Shown: positions 26,470 to 45,780 of the stretch, piece by piece
Numbering within the stretch: position 1 is the stretch's first letter
Layout: each line of letters opens with the position of its first letter
NCBI RefSeq assembly: GCF_009914755.1
Contig: NC_060926.1
DNA from: the human T2T-CHM13v2.0 reference genome, Homo sapiens
Strand: one strand, 5' to 3'
DNA length: 64,000 nt
Translations under genes and position numbers: made by a program
The notes under the pieces: model-generated
What the model was told of the DNA's origin: nothing
The model's input: the letters and a program-made list of their open reading frames with translations, nothing else
Database searches by the model: none

Positions 26470-28420
26470 TGGTCTTTAGATGCCCAAGGGTAGGAGCTTT
26501 GTCCATGACACTGGGAACTTTCTTCATGACCCTATTTAGTAAGCATTGTAGAGGCAGGTGAAAGAGTTTGACTGACATCCACAGGATAGGTTATGTTGTC
26601 TACCTGATGAAGAATTTTTTTTCATTGTGGGGCCCTCTGGTGAGTATCACATGGGACCTAAAATTTTCCTATGTGCCAATTTATAGAGGCTCATTCACAT
26701 ACCTCTTCTTCAGACGTTTTTGTAATAAGTCTTCCAGTCTTGTTCCTTCAGCATTCCTAATCATCTTGCAGAAACTATTAGCCATTGCATATTAATATGC
26801 ATAGGTTATTAACTCAAGCAATTTCTTCTTTAGGCAAAGTAGATGTAATGGTAGGTCTTTCTACTGTGAAGATTTTCTTTCATTTCTTAGTCTGCCACCC
26901 TACCCCCATTCCCACCCCCACACCCGGGTTGGGGTGTAATGCCTCAGCAGTCTATTTCTGGATGTTACTGGCATTAAGTGAGAGCCATGTATAAACCAGA
27001 TGTTTACCCCTTCTGATGTGGAATTCCCCAGGAGTCCATCTGTATTGTTTGAGGGAGAGATAGTGACGTGGAGGAGTAGGTTTTTGATAGTTTGAGTAAC
27101 CTATTTAAAAAGTTCCTTGTGCCTTTGGGCTTGGTTGTCTTCTATGTACTGTATATACCACCTCTGTTTAATGAAGGAGATCTTCTGGGTACCTCTACTT
27201 TTTATACATGAAAAAGGGTGGCATGGTTCCTGAAAGATGTATGTAAATTTTTTCTTTCCCATATGCCCATGTGAATGATCACAGGGCCCTTCAGGTGAAT
27301 GCCAGGAAGACAGTTTTGGTATAATCCAGTACAGGATTCTTTGAGAGTACCTGGTTGTTTCTTCATGTAAGGAATTAATGGGGCTATAAACTGAGTAAAG
27401 TGTGGGAATTGGGTGAAGGCCTGTGACTAAATAATGAAAACATTTAGACTTTGGTGAGACTTTATATTCTGTCCCTACATACTCCTCTTTCATCTTTTTA
27501 TCTTTTTCCTCTGAGCTTTGGGGTATTTAGTCAAAATTTTCTTCTAATTTATTTTTATTTTAGGTTTTATTTTCCCATTATACTTTGAAATCTATCATGT
27601 GTGTATAGTTCATCCTAATATCAGTTGTTATGTTTTCACCTTTTGACCTTTTTGAGAACAGGACTTTGCTATTTCTTTCAGTACATCTATTTCTATGGAG
27701 TAGCATTTCCTTGGTTTCTTTTAAGAGGTTCCCTCATTTTGAGGGGGAAGGCATCCAATGTTTTTCTCTTACTCATCCTCATAGAAATAAATTAATGCCT
27801 GTCAACTGTTAACTCAGAGTCAAGGAAGAGTTTAGCTGTATTCTGTCACAGTAGATGATGGTTCTTGCCTGAAATTGGGGATTATTTGTATTTCTTGAAT
27901 ATTTGCCTTATTTTTAGAATCCTAAAAATCCACAGATTAGCTATGGTAGAAAATTTTGCCTTGATGCTATAGATTCCTTCCCTTTTCCACTTATTGTGGC
28001 CAGTCATGCCAGTGATAAGGTCTGGATATACCTAACCTACTTCAGTGTCTTTCTATGCTTAGCTTCCCTTAGTGGTGTCCAGGTCTCAGCTGATTTCCCT
28101 CAATCAAAGATGAATCCCGGGATTGTATAATGATGCCGATAGAGTCCAAATATTGCGAATTCCGCACAGAGTGGGGAGTGAAAACAGTGTGCCCCTTTTT
28201 GGTTCACCATCTGCCCTTCTAGCACTCAACTCTTTGAGTTATAGGTTGTTGGAAAGAGTTTGCATGAAGGAAAGTGGTTGTCTCACAGGAGGAGAAGGAG
28301 GTCCCCAGTGAGGCTAATTTAGCTCCTTTCATTACACCACATCTGTCCAATATCCAGCTGGAATTTGTTAAAGTTTCTGGAAAATAAAGGTTGCTCCTCT
28401 CTGTTTTCCAGTGATGGTAT
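26470..28420 (-). mobile_element. ERVL-class internal region remnant (gag/pol)
   Basis: Minus ORF 27101-27493 ends GTQKISFIKQRWYIQ, similar to ERVL pol AQQHSIIKWKWYI; 26550-26790 resembles the ERVL RNase H region (AVANG...W..RGMW, SHV.AHQR). Confidence 0.7.
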
Positions 28421-28667
28421 TCTTCCTATTTAAAAAAAGTTTTTGTAATTATTTCAATGAAAAATTTTAAAAGTATAGAAAGCAGTGAATGTTAGATTTT
28501 GTTTATTTCACCAGCGTCTCATTCGATATGTATAATTTTTATCAACATGTTTAAATTTGATAAAATACAGGCATATAATTATTTTTAGTTTTATATTTAT
28601 ATGCCAAACATAAGGCTAATTGCAGTTAACTTTGATAGCTAATGAGTAATTATTATTTGCTTTTTAG

Positions 28668-34475
<5,808 letters not shown>

Positions 34476-35550
34476 ATTACAAAGTAAGCCTATTTTCCCA
34501 TTGTTAGATCAAAATTGTTACAAAAAACAAAATATAAATTTTACATACACTGAGAAACAAAAGTGTAAACAAATCTACAAAGAGGAAAGATGTCTGTAAG
34601 AACCTCTTAAGGAAAATTCGTATTAGTAAAAGATCACATTCTAGAAATTTAACAGTGAGAAAGAAAGTTGGTAGTGGAAAACATTTCCAGAGTACCATTT
34701 TGTTTGATACATGTACAACAGCTTCATTTTGGGAACTGCCTGATGGTTTGAAGAACAGCAGTCACGTTGAAGACATTTTTGAAAAACTACCAACTGAAGG
34801 AATACAGGAAAATAAGACAATGAACTTGAGAACAGCAGTAAAAACATTGCATGATAATAAAAAAAAACACAGAACACTTAAAAGGTAAACAGACATTTTT
34901 ATAAAGTAGATTATTTTCTGTAGATTCTTTTTATTTGATTCTTTAAAAGTTTTTCATGTACTAACATCCAAATTGAAAATATGTTGCAGGAAAACTTACT
35001 AGAAAATCTGGATAAACGGATGAACTGGAAGTGGCCACTACGATTTTAAAACGTTGCTTCACTATCTTTACATTTTTTGAATGGTGAAGTTTTTAGAATG
35101 TAGTGAAAGATTTTAACCACACATGCATGCACACACGCATGACGTTTCACAAATAATTTCAAGGGTTTCATAAAACTCCTAAATGTCTGTAGATCTCATG
35201 TTAATAAATCTTGCTATTATTAGTGAGCTTCCTGCGCTTATTTTGAAGAATCATTTTTCTGTTATATATAGTTTTATATCATATGAAATGTCTTTAGGTT
35301 TTTTGAGTGTGCTTCTAGCATATTTCTGAACCAGATAAATTTATAAATAAACTGACTAGCATATTTTCTCTTAAGTCTTTTAAATGTCAAACTGATACTA
35401 AAATATTGTTAAAATTTTAATATTTTATGCACTACAGTATTGTCTGATTTTGTTTATCCACATTACATTCATTTTCTGTATGGATTAGTTACTGAGGATT
35501 TTGTAGGCTGTAAAGAATGTTCCCCGGCAAATGTTTGTTTTGACTTTATA

Positions 35551-35556
35551 AATAAA
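35551..35556 (+). terminator. TDRD15: Likely TDRD15 polyadenylation signal AATAAA
   Basis: AATAAA followed by a U/GU-rich tract at ~35627-35650; alternative hexamers at 35203 and 35346. Confidence 0.55.
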
Positions 35557-35777
35557 ATGTATATTATTCCACATTCTGTATTATAACTAATGTCATAACA
35601 GGCTATACTCTTTCAGTGAGTGGAAATGTCTTGTTTTTATTGATGTAATGTTAGAAGGTGTTTTATTTGAATTTTACCTAGATGTTTTATAGTGAATTGA
35701 TAAATGCTTTACAATTGGCCCCCTTTTCTATCTAATTTTTGAATCTTTCCTGATAGCAGTAGTGGTTATGGTAGCGA

Positions 35778-35905
35778 TAGAAACAGCTACCATATTTTGA
35801 GTGCTTATTATGCTTCAGGCACTGTCCCAAGAGTCTTATATGTATTGTCTCATTTAATGCTCATTACAACTCTACAAAGTATGTTGATATAAAGGTTTAG
35901 GAACC
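35778..35905 (-). mobile_element. MIR fragment
   Basis: ttgagtgcttattatg...aggcactgt...tctcatttaatgctca. Confidence 0.65.
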
Positions 35906-37105
35906 TAATAACTAGTATTCCACTTCAAGTTTTAAACCACTTTCAAATAAACCTATTCAGAAGGAGAAAGATAATTCTTAAGCAAAATGTCGCACTTAAA
36001 CAAAATAAATAAAACCAAAAACAATATTGAAGACTGACTTATATTCATGGAAAAATTGGCTTACCAATAATGAAATAAGGAATTATTTAGACTTACACAG
36101 ACGGTTATAGGCACAGACAAGAGAATCTTCTTGGGAGGGTACCCATGTAAAACAGCCTGAGGCAGTTCTCCCAAAAAAGAAAAGGAGGAGGAAGAGGCTA
36201 ATCTAACATATGTCTTTCTCCTTCCAAATGGACCAGTGAGATTGACCTTACTTCTGGAAGGCATAAGTCAGAAGAGCAAAGAGGCTAGGAGTATTATGCT
36301 AGGAGAGTGCCCCACCCATGAACCTCCACATGGAAGGAAACATCAGGAGTGGGAAAGAAGCAGTCTCCTCCAAGCTATTATCACCACTTTATGGATGAGT
36401 CTCAGGGAAATTAAATATCTTGCCCATGAATTTAAAGTTGCTAAGTAAGGAACTGAGATATTCAACTCAGATTTCTCTGACTGATTTTGTTTGTTATTTA
36501 TACTGCCTTTTGAAAAGAGTTAGCTTACTTGGGGAAGAGTTTCCTGTAAACTATTGGCACCAAACCATACATTTTGGCTCTTAGGTCCTTTACTATTCCC
36601 ATACCTGTGTATATGTCTACCTTCTTTTATGTTTTTTTTGGCCATCAAATTCTTTAAGAACCCACTTTGGGTCCCTGCTTCTATCTTATAGCACTCCTAA
36701 CACACAGTGAATCACTAAGTGAGTTAAAGTAGCTGTTGTAAAAGCAGTTAGAAAACCAAACATTAAATTATACTTCAGAACATAAATTTGAAGTCATATG
36801 TAAGGAAAAAAATCAAGACTTTGTTATGACAAATATAAGAAATATGGTTTCACGGATTAGTAATAAATTTCCATACTTGCTATAATCATAGCCTTAAAAC
36901 AAAACAAGAAAACGACATTAAAAATAACTGGTTTTTATTGCCTTTACTATCTCAGCTCCTACCACCTCTATTACTCTTCCACTATTATTGCCTGCAGGTA
37001 CTCTGGGTCTAGAGCAAAGTGATTTTAGTAGTTCCTCTTGGTCTAAGACATCAATATTTGAAAGGGTCTTACGTACTAAAAAAGCATAAAAAAGGGACTC
37101 TATTA

Positions 37106-37289
37106 CAGTGGTTCTCAACCTTGGCTTTGCATTGGAATTAACAAAGGAAGCTTTCAAAAAACTCTGACGCCTGGGTCCCTATTAAAAATTAAATATTCTG
37201 TTTTAATTGGTCAAGAACTGTGGCTTTACTAATGGGTGTTTAAAGCTCTCCTGGTGATTCTAATGCACAGCTAAGGTTGATAATCACTA
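37106..37289. mobile_element. MER5B-like hAT element
   Basis: Inverted termini cagtggttctcaaccttggct / agctaaggttgataatcacta; ggtgattctaatgcacag. Confidence 0.8.
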
Positions 37290-38069
37290 CTCTAGAGAGG
37301 ACTGTGGATAACTTCCTGAATTATTTTGTGAGAAAAAATAATTTTAGGCTTTCTGTGTAAAAACTCTTAGAATCTATTCTTCCTGTATTTGAAGTCCAGA
37401 CTATACCTGATGAGTCACAGTAATTTTGAGCTAAACTTAATTCAGAGTAAATAGTAAAAATATTATCATGTTAGAAATGGCCTAGATGTATATTACGTTT
37501 ACTTTATCTTGCCCAGGTATTGTTCTAAATGCAGAAGTTGCCACCCTTTACATTTAGAAAATTGGCTTAACTTTCCCATAGTTTCAGCCTATTTTAACAT
37601 CAGTGTTTAGATATTCAAGGTAATTGTTTTTATCTGTAGACTATTTTCTCCAGAACAAACTTGTTAGTCTTTTTCCAGGGTGTTTTCTCATTTGTTTTTG
37701 TTTTTTAAAATCATGTTTGCTTGCCCACATGCTTGTTTTTGCCTGACAGTCCTTGTATAGATTATGAGAACTAGAGAATGTAATAACCCATTCAAAAAAG
37801 CACAAGAAATATCTGTTCATTCTTTGCTAATGAGGCAGTGCTTAATGGTAATATGTGCCTATTCTTCTACAGTTGCTTATTTAACTGGAAGTCATCTTCG
37901 AAAGAAATCTAGAATGACAGCCCATTTTTAAAGAGGAGTTTTTAATATTTTAAATATGAAGTAACATCTAGACATCCAGAGGAGAATGGCTGATAGACAT
38001 GTGAAATGTCAGACTGCGTCTTGAGAACACAACACTATTGAGTCATACAGATTTATGACTCGCTTGCAT

Positions 38070-38310
38070 TGGATGGTTATTAAAAATATGGGCACTGAGG
38101 CTAACTCCCTGAGTGTGAATATTTGCTTTGTCCCTTATTAGTGATTAAACCATGGGTAAGCTTTTAAACTCTTCTGTGCCTCAGTTTCTTCTTGTGTAAA
38201 ATGGAGATCATAATAGTAACTACCCCTTTGGGTGGTTGTGAAGATAAATTAAAACATGTAAAGCATTTCAGTGTTGCCTGGTACATAATAAATGCTCACT
38301 AACTGTTAGA
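38070..38310 (+). mobile_element. MIR
   Basis: Core ctgtgcctcagtttcttcttgtgtaaaatggagat and 3' tgcctggtacataataaatgctca. Confidence 0.85.
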
Positions 38311-38627
38311 AATATAATCATCCTGATAAAACTATATTTGTTTTGAAAGTATTTTTGTGAAATCATAAGTTAAAATAATTTTTGGTGCTGCTAAGCAAGA
38401 AACTGAACTATATTTAAGGTGAATACACACAGATGTATTTAGTATTAGTATAATGGTTACATTCATCATTAAATTTCTATTCTGAAGATAGGATTTATGA
38501 GTAAGAGACGATTTATGAGTAAGAGACAATTATAGTTCCAGATAAAGAATAGAATAGGTTATATATATTTTTTCCATTGTGGACATATATTGCTAAATGA
38601 ACAAGATGTTTTTAGTTGTCACATAGA

Positions 38628-38785
38628 ATTATATATATATAACATGTTATATAATTATAGTATATGTTATACATATACTATATGTTATATATACTATATG
38701 TTATACATATACTATATGTTATACATACTGTATGTATATGTATAACATATATACATATGATGTATAACATAGTATATATATAACT
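38628..38785. repeat. TA-rich minisatellite (tatgttatacatatacta-like units)
   Basis: Direct repeats that switch to the inverted form (tgtataacata) in the right half. Confidence 0.8.
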
Positions 38786-40257
38786 TGTTTACTCTCAGTA
38801 TTTTTCCTTGTTTACCTTTTATACTGTGACTTAGAAATTGTTAAGTAAAATGAATTGTTAAGTAAAAGTTTATAGTTTATAATAATTTTTAAATGAATAA
38901 GTCTTGAGTAACTCTTAATGAGACCCATAATGCTTTGAAGATTATATTACAATATACTCATGATTTTTTGTTTTTCAGTAGAAGAAAATGGAAGCACAGA
39001 TCACTTATGCATTAGTTTGGTAACAAATGATATATAGGATACCCAGTAATTACTATCTTGGTTTAGACACTGTAGAGCTGGAGTAAAGGTGTTAAGCATA
39101 GTACGACAACTTCCAATGTTAAATCATGTTAAATGAATCTAGATTTTTCAGATTTTTTTCCCCAGGAGACCATGTTAGATTGTTAGATTGCTGTAGAAAT
39201 TTTCTGTGACCTAGGACATGATGCGTTGATTTTAAAAAGATTATTACTTAGTAAATGTGGTTCACCAGTGTGAGATGGCTTGAAAATATTTTATTTGATG
39301 AACTCTTCTTCTTTGTATGTGGTTTCAAAGGCAATAAATACCATTTTACCTTCTGATACTTTTCACATGTCTTCCCTGTCCTTTGTTTCAGTTCCTACTT
39401 TGTTGAGTTATAATTGCAACTGTGGTTAGTATATAGAGAGTTAGTGCTACCATTTCCCTGGAAAATAGAAGTGCTTGTAAGAGTGGCATTTATTAAAAGG
39501 AAATAGAGGAAAAATCAGACATAATCTCTTTCCTTGTGTTTAGCTCATAATATGATAATTTTCTATCATTTTATTTTTAGCAATATTTAATTTTAGTTGG
39601 GTTTTATATTTTTGGTTATTAGGTTATTAGCTACTTGGAGATATTTGTGATATTCAAGAACAGTACGTCCAGCAGGGAAGGGGAATCAATATTTTGTCAT
39701 GCATTTACTATTGAATTGGAATTTATTTTGCAAGTAAATATTAATTGAGCAAGTTCAGGGTATTATTTTGATGCAAAGATAGAACCATAAAATTATACAA
39801 GTGCACTGAAGAGTTAGAGTAAGCCAAACAATTCTGAAGAACTTGATATGGGGTGGTTTAAAGAATATTTGCAAAAACTTAGAAAATTCCTAAGCAAGCT
39901 AGGGACAATCAAGTGTGTTAATATCTGTATGTCTGTATTGAGCATGTTGATATTGTCATTTCTTTGATGTTGGGAAATAATTTCCAGAAACACTGTAAGT
40001 TTGAATTTGGTATCCTGAAAGTTAAAGTTTACTTAAGAGTTGGAAACTTTATGTATGTATTTTTTCAAACAAGTTCATCTCTAGTTTGTGGTTATTTGAG
40101 AACAAACAATGTAACATTTACTTTTTGTAACCTAAACTCTCTGAACACTTTTGTGTCATTCCCTCTCCCCTAAGCCCTGCCAGATCTTGAAGATTATTTC
40201 CACAATTATGAAGAATATCTCCTTTGGAAAAGAATTCATTTTACACAACAACTTCTT

Positions 40258-40455
40258 CTTTTTTTTTTTTTTGACAAAGTCTTGCTCTGTCACCCAGGCT
40301 GGAGTGTAATGGTGCTTGGCTAATTTTGTATTTTTAGGAGAGACGGGGTTTCACCGTGTTGGTCAGGCTGGTCTTGAACTCCTGACCTAAGGTGATTCAC
40401 CCACCTCGGCCTCCCAAAGTGCTGGGATTACAGGCATGAGCCACTGGGCCGGGGC
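40258..40455 (-). mobile_element. AluS with ~100-bp internal deletion
   Basis: Jumps from ggagtgtaatggtgc directly to ttggctaattttgtat; flanks share cattttaca...aacttct. Confidence 0.88.
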
Positions 40456-40758
40456 TCCACATTTTACAGAACTTCTATAGCTGTTGTATCACCGGGGTGC
40501 TTTTGTTGTTTAGTCACCATAAAATATGGCAAAGTTAATGATTTTGGTTTATTAAAAAGAAAATTAGTTTGAATGTCAAAGAAAAGGCATTATGATGCCT
40601 TTTTTTTTGGAGGGGGGCACCAATTTAATCAGGAAGGACCAATCATTTGCCTTTAGTTTTCAGAGTTCCCTTAACTTCAGTTATGTCTTAATGTATAATA
40701 TTTTATATTTGGAAATGATAAAAATATACAAACTAGAAAATTTATTTGCAGCATTTAA

Positions 40759-41111
<353 letters not shown>

Positions 41112-42275
41112 ATTTCACTTAATTTTAATTGATATTTTTCCTATTTGGACAGAAGACCAATAAAGAAAATAGCTGAAGATATGTTTGAAACTAGGTTGCC
41201 TTCTTTTAAGATAGTTTATAATTTAAAACTAGCTTTTTTGTTTTATTTTTTATTTTGAAAGTATTATTTTTCAGCCTGTTATTTTATTATACTGTATAAT
41301 TATAACTAGATGTGTAGTAATAGTGTAGTTTTATTCAGAGTACTTTCAAATAAAAACAAAAAGTAGTGTTTTTATCTTAGTATTTATATTTTCTTAGGAT
41401 TAAGTTTTATTTTATAGGTTATAGTCAACATTGGAATAATGCTTTTTTTCTACCCTAAAACATTTGTGTTAATTTAAGTTAGTAAGATCTGTTATTTTAT
41501 AAATGTTGGCAACAGATTTTTCTTTAAAAATTTGGAGAACAGTAGAACATTTAAGTTACTACATAAAATATTTCAAAGCTTAGGATTGTTAAATCTTTTA
41601 AATTTTTTCCTTCCTAATTTTATTCTATATAAAGAATGAGCTTTCAATCTAATGTAAAATGGCTTTCAACTTAGAAAAAAAGTGATTCGTTAGTAAACTG
41701 GTTAAGATTATTGATATTTTTAAAAATAACATTCACATATACATTTTCAAGGCTGTATATTGATGTGAAATAAAACACTCAGGTCAAAAACTGTTAAATA
41801 AAGACAAATTATTCAGATATTTGTATTTTGGTAGCATAATTATTGTGATTTTAAATCTTCTCCATGAGCGCCTGAGTAGGTTAAATTTCAGAGGCTCTGA
41901 ACTTTTTTTGTTTTTACTTTTTAAATCTGTGTATCTTAATATCAGCTTAACTTTTTTGATTTTTAGAGGAATATTGAATTCTAATATCACTTTTTAAGCA
42001 GTTGTGATATTGTTGCTATTATTTGTGTATATCCAAGGGACCTTTTTTTTGGTTTTGTATATTGATTATTTTGAGTTAAAATTTTTTCCTCAGTAAGTGT
42101 ATATTCCTAAAGTCTGAAATTATGTATGTGTTTTTGATATTATAATATGAATTTCTTGTGATGAAATACTGAATTCACTTTAAAATTTTTCTTGACCAAA
42201 GATAATCATTACACATTTTTTCTGTTCCCAAAACATATGAGTTCTTTTTTGTTCTTTCTTTATTCTTTCACTTTT

Positions 42276-45064
42276 GTTTATTTTTAATTTTAATTATATG
42301 TTCCAGGGTACATGTGCAGGATGTGCACTTTCGTTACATAGGTAAACATGTGCCATGGTGGTTTGCTGCCCCTATCAACCCATTACCTAGGTATTAAGCC
42401 CCAGCATGCATTAGCTATTTTTCCCAATGCCCTCCCTTCCCCCACCCCACCCCCCAACAGGACCCCATGTATTTGTTCCCCTCCCTGTGTCCATGTGTTC
42501 TCATTGGTCAGCTCCCACGTATAAGTGAGGACATGTAGTGTTTGTTTTTCTGTTCCTGCCTTAGTTTGCTGAGGATAATGGCTTCCAGCTCCATCCATGT
42601 CCCTACAAAGGACATGATGTCATTCCTTCTTTATGGCTGCATAGTATTCCATGGTGTATATGTACCACATTTTATTTATCCAGTCTATCATTGATGGGCA
42701 TTTGGGTTGATTCCATGTCTTTGCTAATGTGAATAGTGCTGCAGTGAACATATGCATGCATGTATCTTTGTAATATAATGATTTATATTCCTTTGGGTAT
42801 GTGCCCAGTAATGGGATTGCTGGGTCAGGTGGTATTTCTGGTTCTAGATCTTTAAGGAATCACTGCACTCTCTTCCACAATGGTGGAACTAATTGACATT
42901 CCCAGGAACAGTGTAAAAGTGTTCCTATTTATCTGCAAACTCACCAGCATTTGTTGTTTCTTGACTTTTTAATAATCATCATTCTGACTGGTGTGAGACA
43001 GTATCTCATTGTGGTTTTGATTTGCATTTCTAATCATTAGTGATGTTGAGCTTTTTTTCATATGTTCGTTGGCTGCATGAATGCCTTTTTTTTTTTTTTT
43101 TGAGACTGAGTCTCGCTGTGTCGCCCAGGCTGGAGTGCTGTGTCGCCCAGGCTGGAGTGCAGTGACGCGATCTCGGCTCACTGCAAGCTCTGCCTCTTGG
43201 GTTCACACCGTTCTCCTGCCTCAGCCTCCTGAGTAGCTGGGACTACAGGCACCTGCCACCTCGCCCGGCTAATTTTTTGTATTTTTAGTAGAGACAGGGT
43301 TTCACCATGTTAGCCAGGATGGTCTCAGTCTCCTGACCTTGTGATCCACCCGCCTTGGCCTCCCAAAGTGCTGGGATTACAGGCGTGAGCCACTGCGCCC
43401 ACCTGTGAATGTCTTTTTTTGATTAAGTGTCTGTTCATGTCCTTTTTCCACTTTTTAATGGGGTTGTTTGTTTTTTTCTTGAATATTTAAGTTCCTTATA
43501 GATTCTGGCTGTTAGACCTTTGTCAGATAGATAAATTCCAAAAATTTTCTCCAATTCTGTAGGTTGCCTGTTCACTCTGATGATAGTTTCTTTATGTCAG
43601 TATCCCTCTGAACACTGATGCAAAAATTCTCAATAAAATACTGGCAAACTGAACACAGCAGCACATCAGAAAGCTTATCCACCATGATCAAATTGGCTTC
43701 AATCCTGGGAATCAAGGCTGGTTCAACATACACAAATCAATAAACATAATTCATCACATAACCAGATCTAAAGACAAAAACCACGTGATTATCCCAATAG
43801 ATGCAGAAAAGGCCTTCAATAAAATTCAGCATCCCTTCATGTTATTAAAAACTCTCAATAAACTAGGTATTGAAGGAACATACCTCAAATTGATAAGAGC
43901 CATTTATGACAAGCCCACAGCCAATATACTGAATGGGCAAGAGCTAGAAGCATTCCCCTTGAAAACTGGCAGAAGACGAGGATGCCCTCTCTCATGACTC
44001 CTATTCAACATGACATTGGAAGTTCTAGCCAGGGCAATTAGAACAGAGAAAGAAATGAAAGGTATTCAAATAGGAAGAGAGGAAGTCAAATTGTCTTTTT
44101 TTGCAGATGACATGATCCTATATCTAGAAAAACCCATTGGCTCAGCCCAAAAGCTTCTTAAGCTGATAAGCAACTTCAGCAAAGTCTGAGGATACAAAAT
44201 CAATGTGCAAAAGTCGCAAGCATTCCTATAAGGTAAGCAGAGAGCCAAATCATGAATGAACTCCAATTCACAATTGCTACAAAGAGAATAAAATACCTAG
44301 GAATACAGCTAACAAGGGAAGTGAAGGACCTCTTCAAAGAGAACTACAAACCACTGCTCAAGGAAATCAGAGAGGACACAAACAAATGGAAAAACAATCC
44401 ATGCACATGGATAGGAAGAATCAATATCATGAAAATGGCCATACTGCCCAAAGTATGTAGCATTATAGATTAAATGCTATTTCCATTAAACTACCATTGA
44501 CATTCTTCACAGATTTAGAATAAACTATTTTAAAATTCACATGGAATGAGAAAAGAGTTCTTATAGCCAAGACAATCCTAAGCAAAAAGAACAAAGCTGG
44601 AGGCATCACACTACCAGACTTCAAACTATACAAAAAGTCTACAGTAATCAAAACAGCATGGTACTGGTACAAAAATGGACACACAGACCAATGGAAAAAG
44701 AATAGAGAACTCAGAAATAAGACTGCGCATCTACAACCATCTGATCTTCGACAAACCTGACAAAAGCAATGAGGAAAAGATTCTTTAGTAAGTGGTACTG
44801 GGAGAACTGGCTAGCCATATGCAGAAAATTGAAACTGGACCCCTACCTTACACCTTATACAAAAATTAACTCAAGATGGATTAAAGACTTAAATGTAAAA
44901 CCTAAAATTGTAAAAACCCTAGTAGAAAATCTAGGCAATACCATTCAGGACATAGGCACGGGTAAAGATTTCATGATGAAATCACCAAAAGCAATTGCAA
45001 CAGAAGCAAAAATTGACATATGGGCTCTAATTAAACTAAAGAGTTTTTGCACAGCAAAAGAAGG
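42276..45064 (-). mobile_element. 5'-inverted (twin-primed) L1PA7/8-like element
   Basis: 42276-43593 antisense 3' end; ~43594-45064 sense ORF2 RT region (ORFs [15 protein letters not shown] and [17 protein letters not shown]); TSD tattctttcactttt (42261) / tatcctttcaccttt (45065). Confidence 0.9.
43086..43403 (-). mobile_element. AluY inserted in L1, with 22-bp tandem duplication
   Basis: gcaagctc and ttagccaggatgg diagnostics; ctgtgtcgcccaggctggagtg at 43116-43137 and 43138-43159. Confidence 0.92.
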
Positions 45065-45481
45065 TATCCTTTCACCTTTAAAGGAACATTGGATTATTTT
45101 CATGCATCCCTTTTAAAAATTTATTTGGTCTGTAGTTTGTATAATAATTATCTCAATCTTTTTCAGAAATCTCCAATATTAAATTTAATTTTTTTCCTAT
45201 ATATAACTTTTAGAATGATTTTTTTCAGTATGGATTTTATAATGGAACTTAAGAATATGTAAGATTAGAATAGTGGTTCCCCTTTGGCTATATAATACAT
45301 TAACAGTTCAGTGTGAAATCTAGGTAATATCTTCAATTTATTTTCTTTTCTCAATACTATTCATATTGTTTTTCCTTAGCACAGTGTTTATTTCTGTTTT
45401 TATGTCTTTACACATACTGATATCTTCTCCTTCCTACCAAATTATCCTCTTTTATAATCTTGTCACATTCTCTTCTAAGGT

Positions 45482-45780
45482 GCATTCATTCATCAAACAT
45501 TTCAGAAGTGACCATATTAAATATTGGAGATACAAAAATGAGTAAGTGAAATTCCAGTTCTAAGATATTCCCAGTACAGTGGTGGAAACAAATAATCAGT
45601 TATATTAAGGTGTACTTTGATATGTAGCAAAGGTATATAATAGGTGTTCTGGATGGAGGACAGTGTGCCAAACTTCCTAGGATTGAGGAAACAGTTGAAA
45701 AGGAGTCTCAAAAATATGACCTGTGAGCCTGACTCTTGAAAGATAAGTGGTACAATTTTCTAGGGAACTTAGGCAAACAC
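45482..45780 (-). mobile_element. L2 3' fragment
   Basis: cattcattcatcaaacattt terminus. Confidence 0.55.

Noticed and set aside
34856-34868. AATAAA directly after the CDS
   Set aside because: Part of a genomic A-run prone to internal priming; downstream hexamers have better context.
38492-38527. 18-bp tandem duplication gatttatgagtaagagac
   Set aside because: Ordinary small duplication in intergenic sequence.
43785-45116. Reverse-transcriptase-like ORFs
   Set aside because: Broken L1 ORF2 pieces with stops and frameshifts.
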